This document shows, one piece after another, positions 1 to 11,703 of a DNA stretch of 64,000 nt (position 1 is the first letter of the stretch; the number at the start of each line of letters is the position of its first letter). The notes below the pieces were generated by a model. The model did no database searches and was not told the origin of the DNA. It saw nothing but the letters and a program-made list of their open reading frames with translations. Source of the DNA: Eutreptiella sp. 'Long Island Sound 2002' (lineage: Eukaryota > Protista > Euglenida); the NCBI GenBank assembly GCA_964036045.1, contig OZ038378.1, positions 3,410,001 through 3,474,000 of the forward strand, in the 5' to 3' direction. The translations under genes were made by a program, and so were the position numbers.

Positions 1-283
1 CCGCCACTTTCTTGGCAACGTCGTCGTAGTTGATGGATCAGATCTGTCCTCGCTCCTTGGTCTTGTCAATCTGCAAATCAGTAATCTTTACCTTCACTGC
101 TTTACCATTCTCCTTCCGCAGCCACTGTTGAACGTCGATTGTGAGCTTCATCTCCGGTATTGGCTTCTTCTCACCCTTCTTCTTGCGTCCTTTCTTCGGC
201 GTTTCCCCTTGGTCGGTCCCTGGTGACGACTCCATGGCCTCTACGTCTGTTGCTGAACGTTCTGGCGACCCTGGTTGACTCAT
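1..283 (-). pseudogene. Second ORF of the transposase-bearing region; unknown function; one in-frame TGA; runs off the window edge
   Basis: ORF 283..38 (MSQPGSPER...KERGQI) continues in frame past TGA as SINYDDVAKKVA to the window edge. It is Lys-rich, intronless and on the same strand as the upstream transposase-like ORF. Confidence 0.4.
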
Positions 284-442
284 GATGCCAAGAAATGCCT
301 GAAAAGGGCAAATGGCATGACATGAAACACGGTCATTTGAACTCCGAAATCAGTCGAAACGGTATTTTGCAGGTCGTTTTCGCAAATCTGTTGCACAACC
401 GTCTTTGCTGTGACCAATTCCACCGGACTTAGCGACCTACTC

Positions 443-521
443 AGTGCGCGAGGCCTCGCGCACTCACATCGCATTACGGACCTGTTTTTCGTATCGTTTA
501 GTGCGCGAGGCCTCGCGCACT
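443..521. repeat. Two perfect 22-bp palindromes AGTGCGCGAGGCCTCGCGCACT
   Basis: Exact copies at 443-464 and 500-521, between the two minus-strand ORFs. Confidence 0.95.
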
Positions 522-656
522 GCGGGTGTCAGTTACCGCAAGCGTTGCCGCACGTTGCGTGTTGCTGCTTCCTGTCTGTCGGCATCCATATCTGTTCTCC
601 GCCCCACAACAGCATCCAGTTTCCGTTTCAGTTGGTTGGTGGGATTTGTTTTCTGG

Positions 657-2519
657 TCAATGAGGGCATCCAGTACGTTGTGACCAAGTAGCCGGTAGTG
701 GTCGTAACCAAGGGGTTGTGTTGGTGAGGGTGGAAATCTCGGTAACCTCCGCGGCCACGAAGTTGCAACGGTGCTGACTCGGTCGGACTCCCATTCCACA
801 TAGGCCATGCAAATCCGGCAAAAATCTTGTCAGTCGTTGTCGCATCCTGTGTACCAGGTTGTGGGGAACGTTTTGCACACCCACGCGCTTGCCACCAGGA
901 CCAACTTTTAGTAACAAGTAATGGTTTTCCACCTCCTCAACAGTAAAAGAACCGGTGTTTTTCGCCTTGTCCCGCACGAGCTTGCTCAACATCCCTTCTC
1001 CAAACTCCTCTGAGTGTGCCTGACCGGGCAGGTCCTGGTGCCACTTGCTGTTGTACAGCAATGTGCACATGATTGTGCGTTCATACTTCAGTACGGTGTC
1101 ACACGGTCCTCGACGCAGCCTCCGCAACAGACACAAACTCAACTGCAACACCTCCTGAGCTCGTGACCCTGTACCGTTGTTTTCCCCCGACCAGTTGCAT
1201 TCCCGTACTAGGTGACCCAAGTACAACAACAATGGGCACCATTCCAACAACAAATGCAAGACTGCGTTTGCCACAGCTGCCCTGTTGGCATGCGCCGTGT
1301 CACGACCACTGATTGCAGTTGCAGCTTGTGCCTTGCGACGATACGGGCGTAGTATTCTGGGTGTGGCAAGCATCAGCGCAGCAATAGTTTTTTCCATAAC
1401 TATTAGTTTGGGGTATGATAGTATGGTTGAACCAGGGCGTAGCAGACCTTTCCGTAGGTAGTTTAGAATAGGCCAGAACACCCGAAAAGTGTGAGTAACA
1501 ACAAACTTGTAGGCATGCCAAACACCGTAAACTACAGGTACATAACGCAGGTAAGCACGCATGTTCCATCGTTGGTTCTTGGCACCGTACAAAAACTTTA
1601 GTATCCTGTAGTGTATGTTTTCGTCAACCAACAGCGGTAGAACTCTGTTTGTCTGTTGTGCTGTGTCCTTTGCAAAGTGCAACAAGTTTAACAGACCAAC
1701 ACCACCAGTTACCTTTTCTTTTGACAGGGCAAACGGGCGCCACACCGGTGCCTGCACAGTCCTTGCATCCCTCCTCACATCCAACGGTGCTCTCACGTTT
1801 CCGGTGTCTGGTACACAACCATCCGCATACCCCATGTCACGCAGAGTCTGGGGGATTCTCCGTTCACGCTGTTGCACAGCCCTTGCAACTGTCGTTATCC
1901 GTGCTGCCAGGTCCTCAATGGCTGGATGTCCTCAGTACATGGGCCTCTGTTTCAGTTGAAGTACTGCCATTGCGGTACAGTTTTGCGACCGGTCACTTTC
2001 ATCTGGGTGTGTCGTGTATTGTGCCCGGTACCAGTTGTCCATCCACAGCACGCAACACGATGCAAGCACCAGTGACCACGTTGCTATAAGTGTTGCTGCT
2101 GCCTGTTCGTCCACTGTATCTGCGGCGGCGTCTGCTTGTCCAAGTCGTACTTTTGTTCGTCTTTCTGTTTGCGTTAGGTACCCTGTTGTGTTTCCCGGTT
2201 TTTTCCTGTTTGGTACTGCCCGTTGACGCATCAACAGGTACAGGTTCCAGCCCTCCTGTCGCAAAATGCGCACCCAGCGCTTGTCCTCTTGCCTTTTAGC
2301 TGCTGGTAAACTGTGGCGCGTTCTTTTGTTGAACCTGAGTCGCTGTGCAAATGTTAACACCAGTTGCGCCGCCACGTCGTTCCGTTTCAGTCCTTTCCAC
2401 AAGTCGTCTGCTGTTTGGTATGCTGGTTCTGCCGCGCATGCCTCTCTTAATGCTGCTGCTCCTTTGCTTCCTTCTGCAATCATTCGATGCGTTACGGATT
2501 TTCTGGCTCGAAGTGGCAT
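657..2519 (-). pseudogene. Unclassified DDE-type transposase-like ORF (~620 codons) split by one in-frame TGA
   Basis: ORFs 2519..1932 and 1877..657 share a frame and join as ...QRPMY*GHPAIEDLAARITTVARAVQQRERR. Motifs in RNase H-fold order: VLWMDN (D1), LPLLVDEN (D2), VYGVWHAYK (GxWH), a helical insertion, then HSEEFGEGMLSKL (E). Superfamily not assignable by eye. Confidence 0.6.
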
Positions 2520-2984
2520 TTTGCGTCTTTCTCTGTTAAATCAAATTTGCGCACATATTTTAATTATCGTTTCGCACAGCGATCTTTAAAAAAAGTGTCT
2601 TTGAAAACATCTGGCTTTTTCCCGTCGTCATTTCTGGTGCGCGTGCTGCCGCCGCAATTTGTATTTGGTGTCTGCGTGCGCTCCGTTCCTAGTAACCGAA
2701 AACCGTTTTTGCAACCACAATTTCCTGTTCTGTTTCCGTCTTTAAACCCAGTTGGAAAAAAAAACCCTATCTATCGGGCAGCGAAGGCTACGGCCGCTAT
2801 TAGAACTGGACACGTCTGCCATTGAGTGGCTGTTGGAAAAAAGCAAATCATTCCCCTGATCCCCTGAAAAATATGACGAAGGTTACCGATGTATAATCGA
2901 CTGTCACAGGTGGTAGCCGTGAAAGGGAATGTAAATACCGGCGTAGCCTGACCTGCCTGCTTTTTCATTTTCTTGCGTGGTTTA

Positions 2985-3418
2985 AGTGCGCGAGGCCTCG
3001 CGCACTGATTGTTTCCGTGGGACAATGTTCTATACCGTGTTATATCTGACCAACACGGTGTCTACACACACATACACCGGAAAAATCAAATGTGTTTGTC
3101 CGTCTGGTACTGTACCTGCAATTGTACGCGTCACATCCATTCTGCAAAATCAATACATAACGTGACCTGAGTGCGCGAGGCCTTGCGCACTCCGGATGCC
3201 GAAATTTATATTTTATTTTTACTTTAGAGTATATGTGTTTCCCCTAACGTGGGAAGTCCGACAGTCATACACTTCCAATGCTCCTTGGTCAACACAATCC
3301 TAGTTTTAATAACGTGTGGGAGCTGTGTATTTCCGCAAACGCCAGTCCTTATGGGTTTTTAGGTTTCTTAATAAACTCTACTTTGAATATCTTGAGTGCG
3401 CGAGGCCTCGCGCACTCA
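2985..3418. repeat. Three more copies of the 22-bp palindrome
   Basis: 2985-3006 perfect; 3170-3191 one mismatch; 3395-3416 perfect and extendable to 26 bp (3393-3418). They sit in AT-richer DNA upstream of the transposase-like ORF. Confidence 0.95.
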
Positions 3419-3618
3419 GAAGGCCAGAGAAATATAAAAAAACGTCACATTGAGGAACACGGAGTTGCACAATACTAAAAAAGCAATTTATTTCACTACG
3501 CCCAAAATCACGTTCATCAAACATCCAAAAAAATAGTTTTTTTGCCCTGTTGCGAACCGGTCTTTTTCTGCGCGTTCGGCGCGCAAAACAGGGTGCAGTT
3601 TGCGTGGGCTAAGTAAGT

Positions 3619-4411
3619 GCTGCCCTACCCCAGGCCTGCCCGGGTTGTTCACCCGGGTGGCGGTGCTACTGTCCACGTAAGTGGGGGTGGGGGGGGGGGG
3701 GGGGGCAGAGGGCACACTACCTGAGTGACCGCTCCCTTAGGGGAAGGGGGGGGGGGTAGGTACACGGAGTCGGCGCCCTTAGGGCCTGAAAAGTGGAGGC
3801 TGTGAAGGGCTCACCGCTTGACTACTGTGGGAATCCCTCAAGCGGCTTGCCCAGGGAACCTCTAGGTGTGCGCGCGCCCCTCCAACTTTATCGCAAACGC
3901 CTCGGTCAGCACAGCCCCGTGCACTCTAGTGGAGTTGTGGGTGACCTCTTGAGGCTAGACAGCCACCAGCTAACCCCACCCGACGGGGGTGCGGGCAGGG
4001 GGGGGGGGGGTTGCGCCTCCTCCCCATGGTGGAAGTCTACCTGTCCCTTCATTGGCTTGTTGTGCTCACTTGTTTGGGAGAGGAGGACCACCTGCTGGGT
4101 TACCATGCGGGTCCCACATCCCAACGTACTCGTCGTTTGGCGTCCTCCCGCTTTCCGCGAGGGGAGGGACCTCGATCACTATGTGTTGGCCTGCATTGAG
4201 GGTGCGAGGGGCATGCTGGGGTGGGGGGGGGGGGGCGTGTGCCGGGCCTGTCTCCGGTCTGGCCCCATTTCTTTTGGGGGGGGAAGGGGCAGCAAAAGGT
4301 CTGCTCCGCTGTTGCCTAGTCTCCATGGGGAACCAGCCCACGGCCTGCACCCTTGCTTTGTGGTGGCTGAAATTTGGGCCGACTGAGTTTATTTGGGGGG
4401 GGGGGGGGGCT
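3619..4411 (+). repeat. 5'-truncated copy of a G/C-tract-rich dispersed repeat
   Basis: Aligns by eye with ~10939-11703, e.g. GCCTGCCCGGG...GGTGGCGGTGCTACTG and GGTGGCTGAAATTTGGGCCGAC followed by poly-G. Confidence 0.85.
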
Positions 4412-5127
4412 GCAGTTGCTTTCAGTGACGTTCGGTTAAGAATTACGCTCATAGATCTTTGTAAACTGCCATGGCTTTTGCTGCGCCCACTCAAGGAACA
4501 CACGGATGCCCATAAGGCTGGGTGTACAGTTACTTGTTGCGCGTTGTGGAGTGCATGCAACTGGGTTTGCTCAAGTTCATATCTAAACCGAATTTCCTGG
4601 CCTCAACATCAACGAGGTCGAAAATGATACAAAGATTGCCGGGGAAGCACTGCAAAAGAAAGCATCATCAATGCAGGAATGAAGGAAGGATGCACAACTG
4701 CACTCTCCGTTTGTGTTTCCGTTACGTTGGTATCTATTCTGTTCAGGCTTCAGGATTTTTTTCAGCAGCAAAGTTGTGCCTCTGAAATACACCCGCCCTT
4801 TTTCTTTTTTCTTTTCATTCAAAAGATCTCCAAAATAGATGTTTGGGATATTGAGCCCTTCGGCTGTTTGCAGCAGCAGCAAACTGAATCCAAGGCTAGC
4901 ATCATTTTGGACTGTGGGTTGGCTATTGGACCCTTTGTAGCAGTTGTGCTTCCAGCAATCTGCCGTAATGTCATCCCATGCCCCAACCATTCTACAGGCT
5001 GCTGCTGCCGATGCCCCTTGCTCGCAGTTCCAATCAACCGTGTCAGTATCATCCGGAATTTAGTCTGTGCCCTCAGAATCCTGCCGACTCCTTGGGGATT
5101 TTTTGACTGCGCATACTACACTTTCCT

Positions 5128-5205
5128 CCACCATCCCACAGTTGTTGTGAGTACAGCACTGTCACCCACCATCCCACCGTTGTTGTGAGTACAACACTGT
5201 CACCC
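5128..5205 (+). repeat. Tandem duplication of a ~38-bp unit
   Basis: CCACCATCCCAC(A/C)GTTGTTGTGAGTACA(G/A)CACTGTCAC present twice. Confidence 0.85.
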
Positions 5206-5949
5206 TCTCAGTGCACCCCCGGATTCCCCATCCTAGTCAAGCTTGCCCTCATCTGCTCCCCCTTCCCCGTCCCTCTGCGATGTCAGCCAAGGCTATGACC
5301 TTTCTGACCCGTGTGCCATCCCTGACCCATGCATCTTGAGCACCATCGCTAACCCAAACCTAGACTCTACCCGTAGATCGAGGCTTTGCGCAAACCATAG
5401 CCTCAGCCCTGGCCCTAATTTTGTTGAGAGCAGCAGTGACAAATTGCAACACGAATGCCAAATGAGGTCTTGTGAGGGGAGGGGGGTCTGCACTTGGTGG
5501 GCCCAGCGCGTTATGGGGGTGGCTTTACTAGAACCGACCTCAAAACCACCCAACCACTTAAAAATCCAGCAGAAGCAAGTCAAAAGCTATGCTCACTCAT
5601 GACATCTTGGTATCCATGAATATAACCCCATACACTTTTGAGCAAGCGGTCAAGCTGTGGGCATCCCACTGGATTACCAAGGACATAGCTGGTATCCGGC
5701 CACAGTACTGCGATCAGAAGGCGACCACCAGCCCGCTGCCTAACCGCGCAAACTACTGAGAGGCCGCAGGGCAGTGTACTCTACTGCTTGTGCATGTAGC
5801 CCTGTCGTGTCTCGGCAAATGGTGCTCAGCAGGCGAGTGTGGAGACAAACCAATGATATGCTGCAAATCGGTTGGACGCTGCAGTTTAGCATTGGGCCCC
5901 CTCGCTGCAGTTATGTCTCTTGTTCAAGATCTTTGTTTCGATCTGTGCC

Positions 5950-6243
5950 ATGCCGGCGGATGCCTCTAAACTGCAAGACAACCCACCCTCCGTCTGCATC
6001 GACGCCTGTCAGCTCCTCACCAAAATCCTGACCAACATCATCGAGAAGCCGCTTGAGGACAAGTTCCGCCGTCTCCGCAAGAGCGGGGCCGCCTTTGGGG
6101 AAAAAGTATGGAAGGTGCCGGGGGGGCGGCATTTCCTGTTCTCCGTGGGCTGGACAGAGGCCGGGGATTTTGTCCAGTTTGAGGCTACACTCCCGGTCTC
6201 GATCCTCCAGGATGGGCTCAGTGCGCTGTGGATTGAGCAACAG
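5950..6243 (+). CDS. Tandem PUB (PUG)-domain protein, exon 1 (PUB domain 1)
   Basis: MPADASKLQ...LLTKILTNIIEKPLEDKFRRLRK...GGRHFLFSVGW matches the PUB pattern (L..il.NI...P.e.KfR.l....l...Gf/w). Ends CAG|gtgcct, phase 0. Confidence 0.85.
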
Positions 6244-7960
6244 GTGCCTTTGCTGCGTCGGGGTACCGTGCTGTGGTGCAACACCGTGACCCCACACAGA
6301 ATCGGGACTCAGCCCAAACCCCTCGGCAAAAGGTGGTGCAACGTAAAAGGGTCGGCAGTGCACGCACGCCGCGCGGATGTACCGCAGCTGTTGCGAATCT
6401 GCAGCTTCGATTTTCGGCTCGAAATTTCCGACTTCATTCAGTTTTGTGAGGTCATGTGTCACTAGGTCAGCACCTACGGGCACTGCACATGCCGTGCACA
6501 CTCTCCTCTGACGAACGCCCTTTGTCCAATGAACGGCATGGACAACAACTTGATACATCAATCAAAATCGATGTATCATGTGCTGCACCACTCCCTCGGG
6601 AGCCAAAAAACGCAGCATTTAGGGCAACTCTGAGTGCTTTCAACGCACCAAGAAGTGATATGTATCTCAGCCTACAGTGAATTGCACGCAAGAAGGAAAC
6701 GTCCGTCTTGTGCTGTGCCTGCTTCATGGTTTGGCGCGGTGTATGCTGCAGGCTCTGGTGTTGTGCGGGCTGCATGGTCTGAGTTTCTACGGAAAGCTTT
6801 TGTGCCTGCTGTGGGGTTCTAGAATTGCAGAACACGCTGCGGTTGAAAGTGCTTGCACAGTGAAAGCACTTGCTCAAAGTATGAGGGAGTTCACACGCCG
6901 TGTCAGGTATTTGAACAACTTCTCCAGGAAATGGTCTACCTTCCCGCCCCTGTATATACTCCCTGTAGATACCCCCCCTGTGTCCAAGACACGTGAAAAG
7001 TAGTGCCATTCATCTGGTATTAAATGCAATGGCTTAGGCAGTATGGGTATGTTTGTGGGTGTAGTGGTGGGCGGTTGGGGGACACGTGGGTTTCTGGTGT
7101 CACTGGTGCGGGTGGGGCCTCGGGCGGTGTGCCTGTGGCGCCTTCGCGGTTTCCGCATGGCATTCCCGTCTGACGATTGCTTTTCTGACCGCGGTTTTGG
7201 TGGTCGAGCATGTGCGATGACACGGATGTGAGCCCCGTGCAGTGGCAGGGGCGTGTCCGAATGGTTTCCGCTCAGGACAACGCTCTGCCAGTGGGGCCCA
7301 TTTGTGCATCGCAGTGGAGCGACTTGGGAACGGATGTGCGCCCCAGAAGACCCACATGTGGCGCGCAAGGACGGTCTGAGCACGGGGGGGGGGGGCACCT
7401 GATGCGGCACGTGTGCAGCGCGGAGATTTAGGCGGCTGACCCGACCAAGCAGCTGTACAGTACCTGGGGGCTGGGCTGGAAGAGCTGTAGTGTCCCTCCG
7501 CTGTTGGGACAAGGGGAGGAAAGATCGACACTCCAGCAGGGTTGACCCCAAACCAAAGGGTGGTGGTTGCTCCCAAGGGGCCATCTTATGTATTTCCACC
7601 TTCAGAGGCATGGATGGGGCAGGACGCAGGGATGTCCGCATAGGTCTTGTACCCAAGGGTTTGCTCTCCTTCAGGGGCATTTGGGGGGCAAAACCAATGT
7701 TTTGCCAAAAACATATGTTTTGCATTCCGGTTCAGGTCTGTTTATATTTTCTTTGGGTAGAGCAGTACATGGACTGACCGGAGACATTACAGATCAGTGA
7801 CAGCAGTGCTGGCAGTTTTGGCTTTGCAGGGAGGAGGTTGGAGAGGCAAAACCCAACCAATGCCGGGTAAACCCGCCGTAAAAGTAGCGCGCGGCGCAGA
7901 TGCTCCCCCCGGGATCCCTGTTTTCTGTAGGTCCCTCTGCCTGTCTCTCTCTGTGCGCAG

Positions 7961-8326
7961 GTAGCGACCCGCCGGCAGGAAGAAGAGTGGCTGGACAGCA
8001 TGGAGCAGAAGGTGCGGCAGGAGGGCCTGGACGCGGTGGGCCCCCGGGAGGCGGACATCCCCAAGGCGGCGGTGGCGGACTTCCCCCCGGCGGCGCGGGC
8101 CTTCTTCGCTGGCGGGGACGACGCGGTGCTGCCGGCCGCGCGGCTCCTGCGGGAAATCTTGGGCCGCATTGTCCGGGAGCCGGACATAGACAAGTTCCGG
8201 CGCTTCAACGCGGGGGCGTACCGGTTCCAGTCCACCGTGGCCTCCCTCCCGGGCAGCGCGGAGCTGCTGCAGGGGCTCGGGTTTGCGAAGGAGTGCGGGG
8301 CCGCGGCGCCACCGAGCGCAGCGCAG
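7961..8326 (+). CDS. Tandem PUB-domain protein, exon 2 (PUB domain 2)
   Basis: Acceptor ctctctctgtgcgcag|GTA, phase 0. Contains LLREILGRIVREPDIDKFRRFN...GSAELLQGLGF. Donor CAG|gtgtgc; high coding-like GC. Confidence 0.85.
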
Positions 8327-8461
8327 GTGTGCGTCCCGTGTAGGGGATTTCGGGGGGTGAGGGCAGGGACACATTAGAATAAGAAGAATGTAAGGAGGAC
8401 CCCCCCCCCCCACACCGGGTCCAAACCCCCCCCTCCGCTTTCCAAGTCACCTGAAAAAAAA

Positions 8462-9979
8462 TCACCTCGAAGAGAGGTTGTTAGATCAAGCGCAGGCGCG
8501 AGCGTCGTATACCCCCCTTTTTTGGGGTCGTTCACGTAGCATACCCCAATGTATGGTTTCTAACGTCTAACCCCCTGTAAAATCATCATTTTAGGACCAA
8601 AAATGATCCCCCAATGATTTTTTGGATTTTGACCCCCGTACCCCCCCCCGCACCGGGGTACCCTTTTTGGGGGGGGGTGGGGGGGGGGGGCAAAACTTCT
8701 TTGTGTATTGTGGCCGCTGTGTGTGTATTTGGACCTGGGTCCTGAAGAACTTTTTTCTTGTATATGGACCCTCTAACCCATGGCGGGGGTCCCGGGTCCC
8801 AACTCCAGGTACCCCCAGTCACCCCCCAATATATGGCCCCTCGCCAATGAGGACTTAGCCGTTTTCACGCTGGATAGGCCGTTTTCACGCTGGATAGGCT
8901 GTTTAGTGGCACGTGAAAGTTTTTTGAAATTCGCTTTTTCATGACTACCCTCCGTTGCCCCTAGGATTGGTTTGGGTGATCATTTGGTGACAATACGGGT
9001 ACTTGAGCACCCATGGGGACCCACGTAGTGGCTGCCATGCCTATGTAGCCCGTGCCATGGGCCCTCCGAAAGCTTCAAAATTGCTGTTGCGTAGGCTGTT
9101 TAGTGACACTTGAAAGTTTTTCACATTTCAACTTTTTCGGAACCCCTTCTGTTGCCCCTAGGATGGGTTTGGGTGATCATTTGGTGACAATACGGGTGCT
9201 TGAGCACCCATGGGGGCCCACGTAGTGGCCACTGGGCCCATCTAGCCCGAGCCATGGGCCTCCCAAAAGCTTCAAAATTGCTGTTTGTAGGTGGTTCAAT
9301 GGCATTTGGGGTGTGCACAAACTGCTCAAGCAGTTTTCCACCCTCTACAGGTCAAAAATGGAAAATTTTTGCAAAATTTTTTTTTGATATTGTGACCACC
9401 TACAATGATGAAATATGCTATGTAGGGCATGTTTTAGACCCCCTTTGCGTGTTTTTCACCCTATTTGGGTGTGGGGGGGGGGTACCAAGGAGTCTAGGGC
9501 ACAACCTGCTTATGTAGTTTTCCCGCCTCAGCAGCTCAAAAATGGAAATTTCCGAAACTGATTTTTTTGATAGTTTGACCATCCAAAATGATCAAATGTC
9601 CTATGTGAAGCGTGTTTTAGCCCCTCTTTATGTGTTCTTCACCCTATTTGGGTGTTGGGTGTGGGGGGGGGGGGGGGGGCTCCCAAGGGGTCTAGGGTAC
9701 AACCTGCTCATGCAGTTTTCCCGCCTCAGCAGCTCAAAAATGGAAATTTCCGAAACTGATTTTTTTCATACTTCGACCATCCAAAATGATCAAATATCCC
9801 ATGTGAAGCATGTTTTAGCCCCTCTTTATGTGTTTTTCACCCAATTTCGGTGTTGGGGGTGGGGTGGCTCCCAAGGGGCCTAGGGCACAACCTGCTCATG
9901 CAATTTTCCTACCTCAGCAGCTCAAGAGTGGTTGTCCCTCTCCCCTCTTCGAGGTGCCTTGCCGAAGGCAATAGAATTT
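8462..9979 (+). mobile_element. Helitron2/Helentron-like non-autonomous element with internal tandem repeats (in intron 2)
   Basis: 5' T then CACCTCGAAGAG (8463-8474). Its reverse complement CTCTTCGAGGTG at 9945-9956 is followed by hairpin TTGCC-GAA-GGCAA and TAGAATTT. Interior has two ~185-bp units (~8900-9290) and about three ~190-bp units (~9350-9925). No TSD seen. Confidence 0.7.
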
Positions 9980-10242
9980 CTTCCGCGCCTTCGGCGCCAA
10001 TGTACAGTGTGTTCTTCAGGGTCATGTTCAGGGTGTGAGTCAGCTGGTCACATCGAACAGCATCCCTGTGAAAATGGACTGCCATGAACTGATACTGTGT
10101 GATTGCGGACACAGATTTTGCCACAAATCTATTGCTTTGAGTTTACCTTGCACTGTGACGTTTGTTGACAAGGAGGAGGCCAAGTATGGGGTTTTGTCAT
10201 GGCAAAACTTCAGAACATATTTGGGAGTCCTGTTGGCAAGGA

Positions 10243-11703
10243 GGAGCCCCCCCCCCCCCCCCCCCCGGGTCCAAGCCCCCCCACCCCCCACCCCTCCTCC
10301 ACTCCAGTGCGTGCCCCACGGGGGGGGTTTGGTTTGGTTTGGGTCAAGGCCTGTGCCGGACACCCAGGCCCACGGTCAGCACTCGCCTTTGTGCCGGCAC
10401 GACTGGGCTAGGCGAATCGCGGTTGTCCGGTCCCAAGGCCTGCCGGACTGTTGACCGCCCCCGTACCCCGTGGTGGCACACATGGGAGGGAGATGCCGCC
10501 GTGCCTCTGTGTGGCGCGCGCGGGGCGGGTCACACGGCTGTGCCGCGCCTGGCCCTGTGAGGTCGTCGGGTGTGTACCAGGGTCTGCCACCACCGGGCCC
10601 TGGCTGCTCGAGGTGGAGGCGCGGGGGGGGGGGGGCGGGACGCATGTGGGGGGTACTGTGTTGCCTGGTGCTCCAGGCCCCGGTAGGGAGGCCATGGGAG
10701 CCTGACGCTGAGCCGGCTGGGGGAGTATTCGGTCTGGACACGCCGCCTCCTGGCCACTGACATGCTGCCAGCGGCTCCACGACTGCATGAGGCACGGGGG
10801 CGCGCTCCCTGGGCGCACGACTGGGGGGGTCCACACCCCATGACTGCTCGAGGCACAGGTGGTGCTGTCTTGGACTGGACCATCCGCCCAAGGCGCTAAG
10901 GGACGGCAGGAGGAGGGGCTCCAGGGCACGCTGAGCGCTGCCCTGCCCTGGAGCCTGCCCGGGCTCGGGGCCCGGGTGGCGGTGCTACTGCCCGCGTAAA
11001 CGGGGGGCCCAGAGGGCACACCACCCGAGTGACCGCTCCTGTCAGGAAGGGGGGGGGGGGGGCAGGGGTCGGCAGGTGGCTGTCTGGCCTCCAGGGGTCG
11101 CCCGCAACTGAACTGGAGTGCACGGGGCTGTGGAGTGCACGGGGCTGTGCCGGCCTGGGTGTCTGTGATGAAGTTGGCGGGGCACGCGCACACCTGGAGG
11201 TTCCCTGGGCAGGCCGCTCAAGGGATACCCACAACGGTCAAGCTGTGAGCCCTTCACAGCCTCCACTTTTTAGGCCCTGAGGGCACCGACTCCGTGCACC
11301 CCTCCGGTCGGGGGCGCAGGCTGGGGGGGGGGGGGGGTAGTGGTGGATGGGTCTACCTGCTTACTTGTTTGGGAGAGGAGGACCACCTGCTGGGTTACCA
11401 TGCGGGTCCCAGATCCCAACATACTCGTCGTTCGGCGCCTGCTCCCTGTCCGTGTGGGGAGGTACCTTGATCACGTGACGGCCTACAGTGAGGATGCGAG
11501 GGTGCGAGGGCATGCTGGGGGGGGGTGTGCTGGGCCTGCTTTCGGTCCGGCCCCATTTCTGTAGGGGGGGGGTAGGGGCAGCAAAAGCTCTGCTCCCCTG
11601 TTTCCTGGTCCCCAAGGGGAACCAGCCCACGGCCTGCACCCTCGCTTTGTGGTGGCTGAAATTTGGGCCGACAGAGCCCCAGGGGGGGGGGGGGGGGGGC
11701 TCC
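10243..11703 (+). mobile_element. G/C-tract-rich dispersed element with poly-C/poly-G inverted ends
   Basis: Begins GGAGCCCCCC... and ends ...GGGGGGCTCC. The 3' ~770 bp is homologous to 3619-4411. No clean TSD. Confidence 0.6.

Noticed and set aside
8463-9956. CACTA/CMC transposon call from the CAC... inverted repeats
   Set aside because: There is no TSD, and the same 21-nt hairpin extension follows the right repeat in four independent copies, so the repeat is subterminal.
10035-10240. RT-like fragment (NFRTYLGVLL)
   Set aside because: A single short motif; not enough to call.
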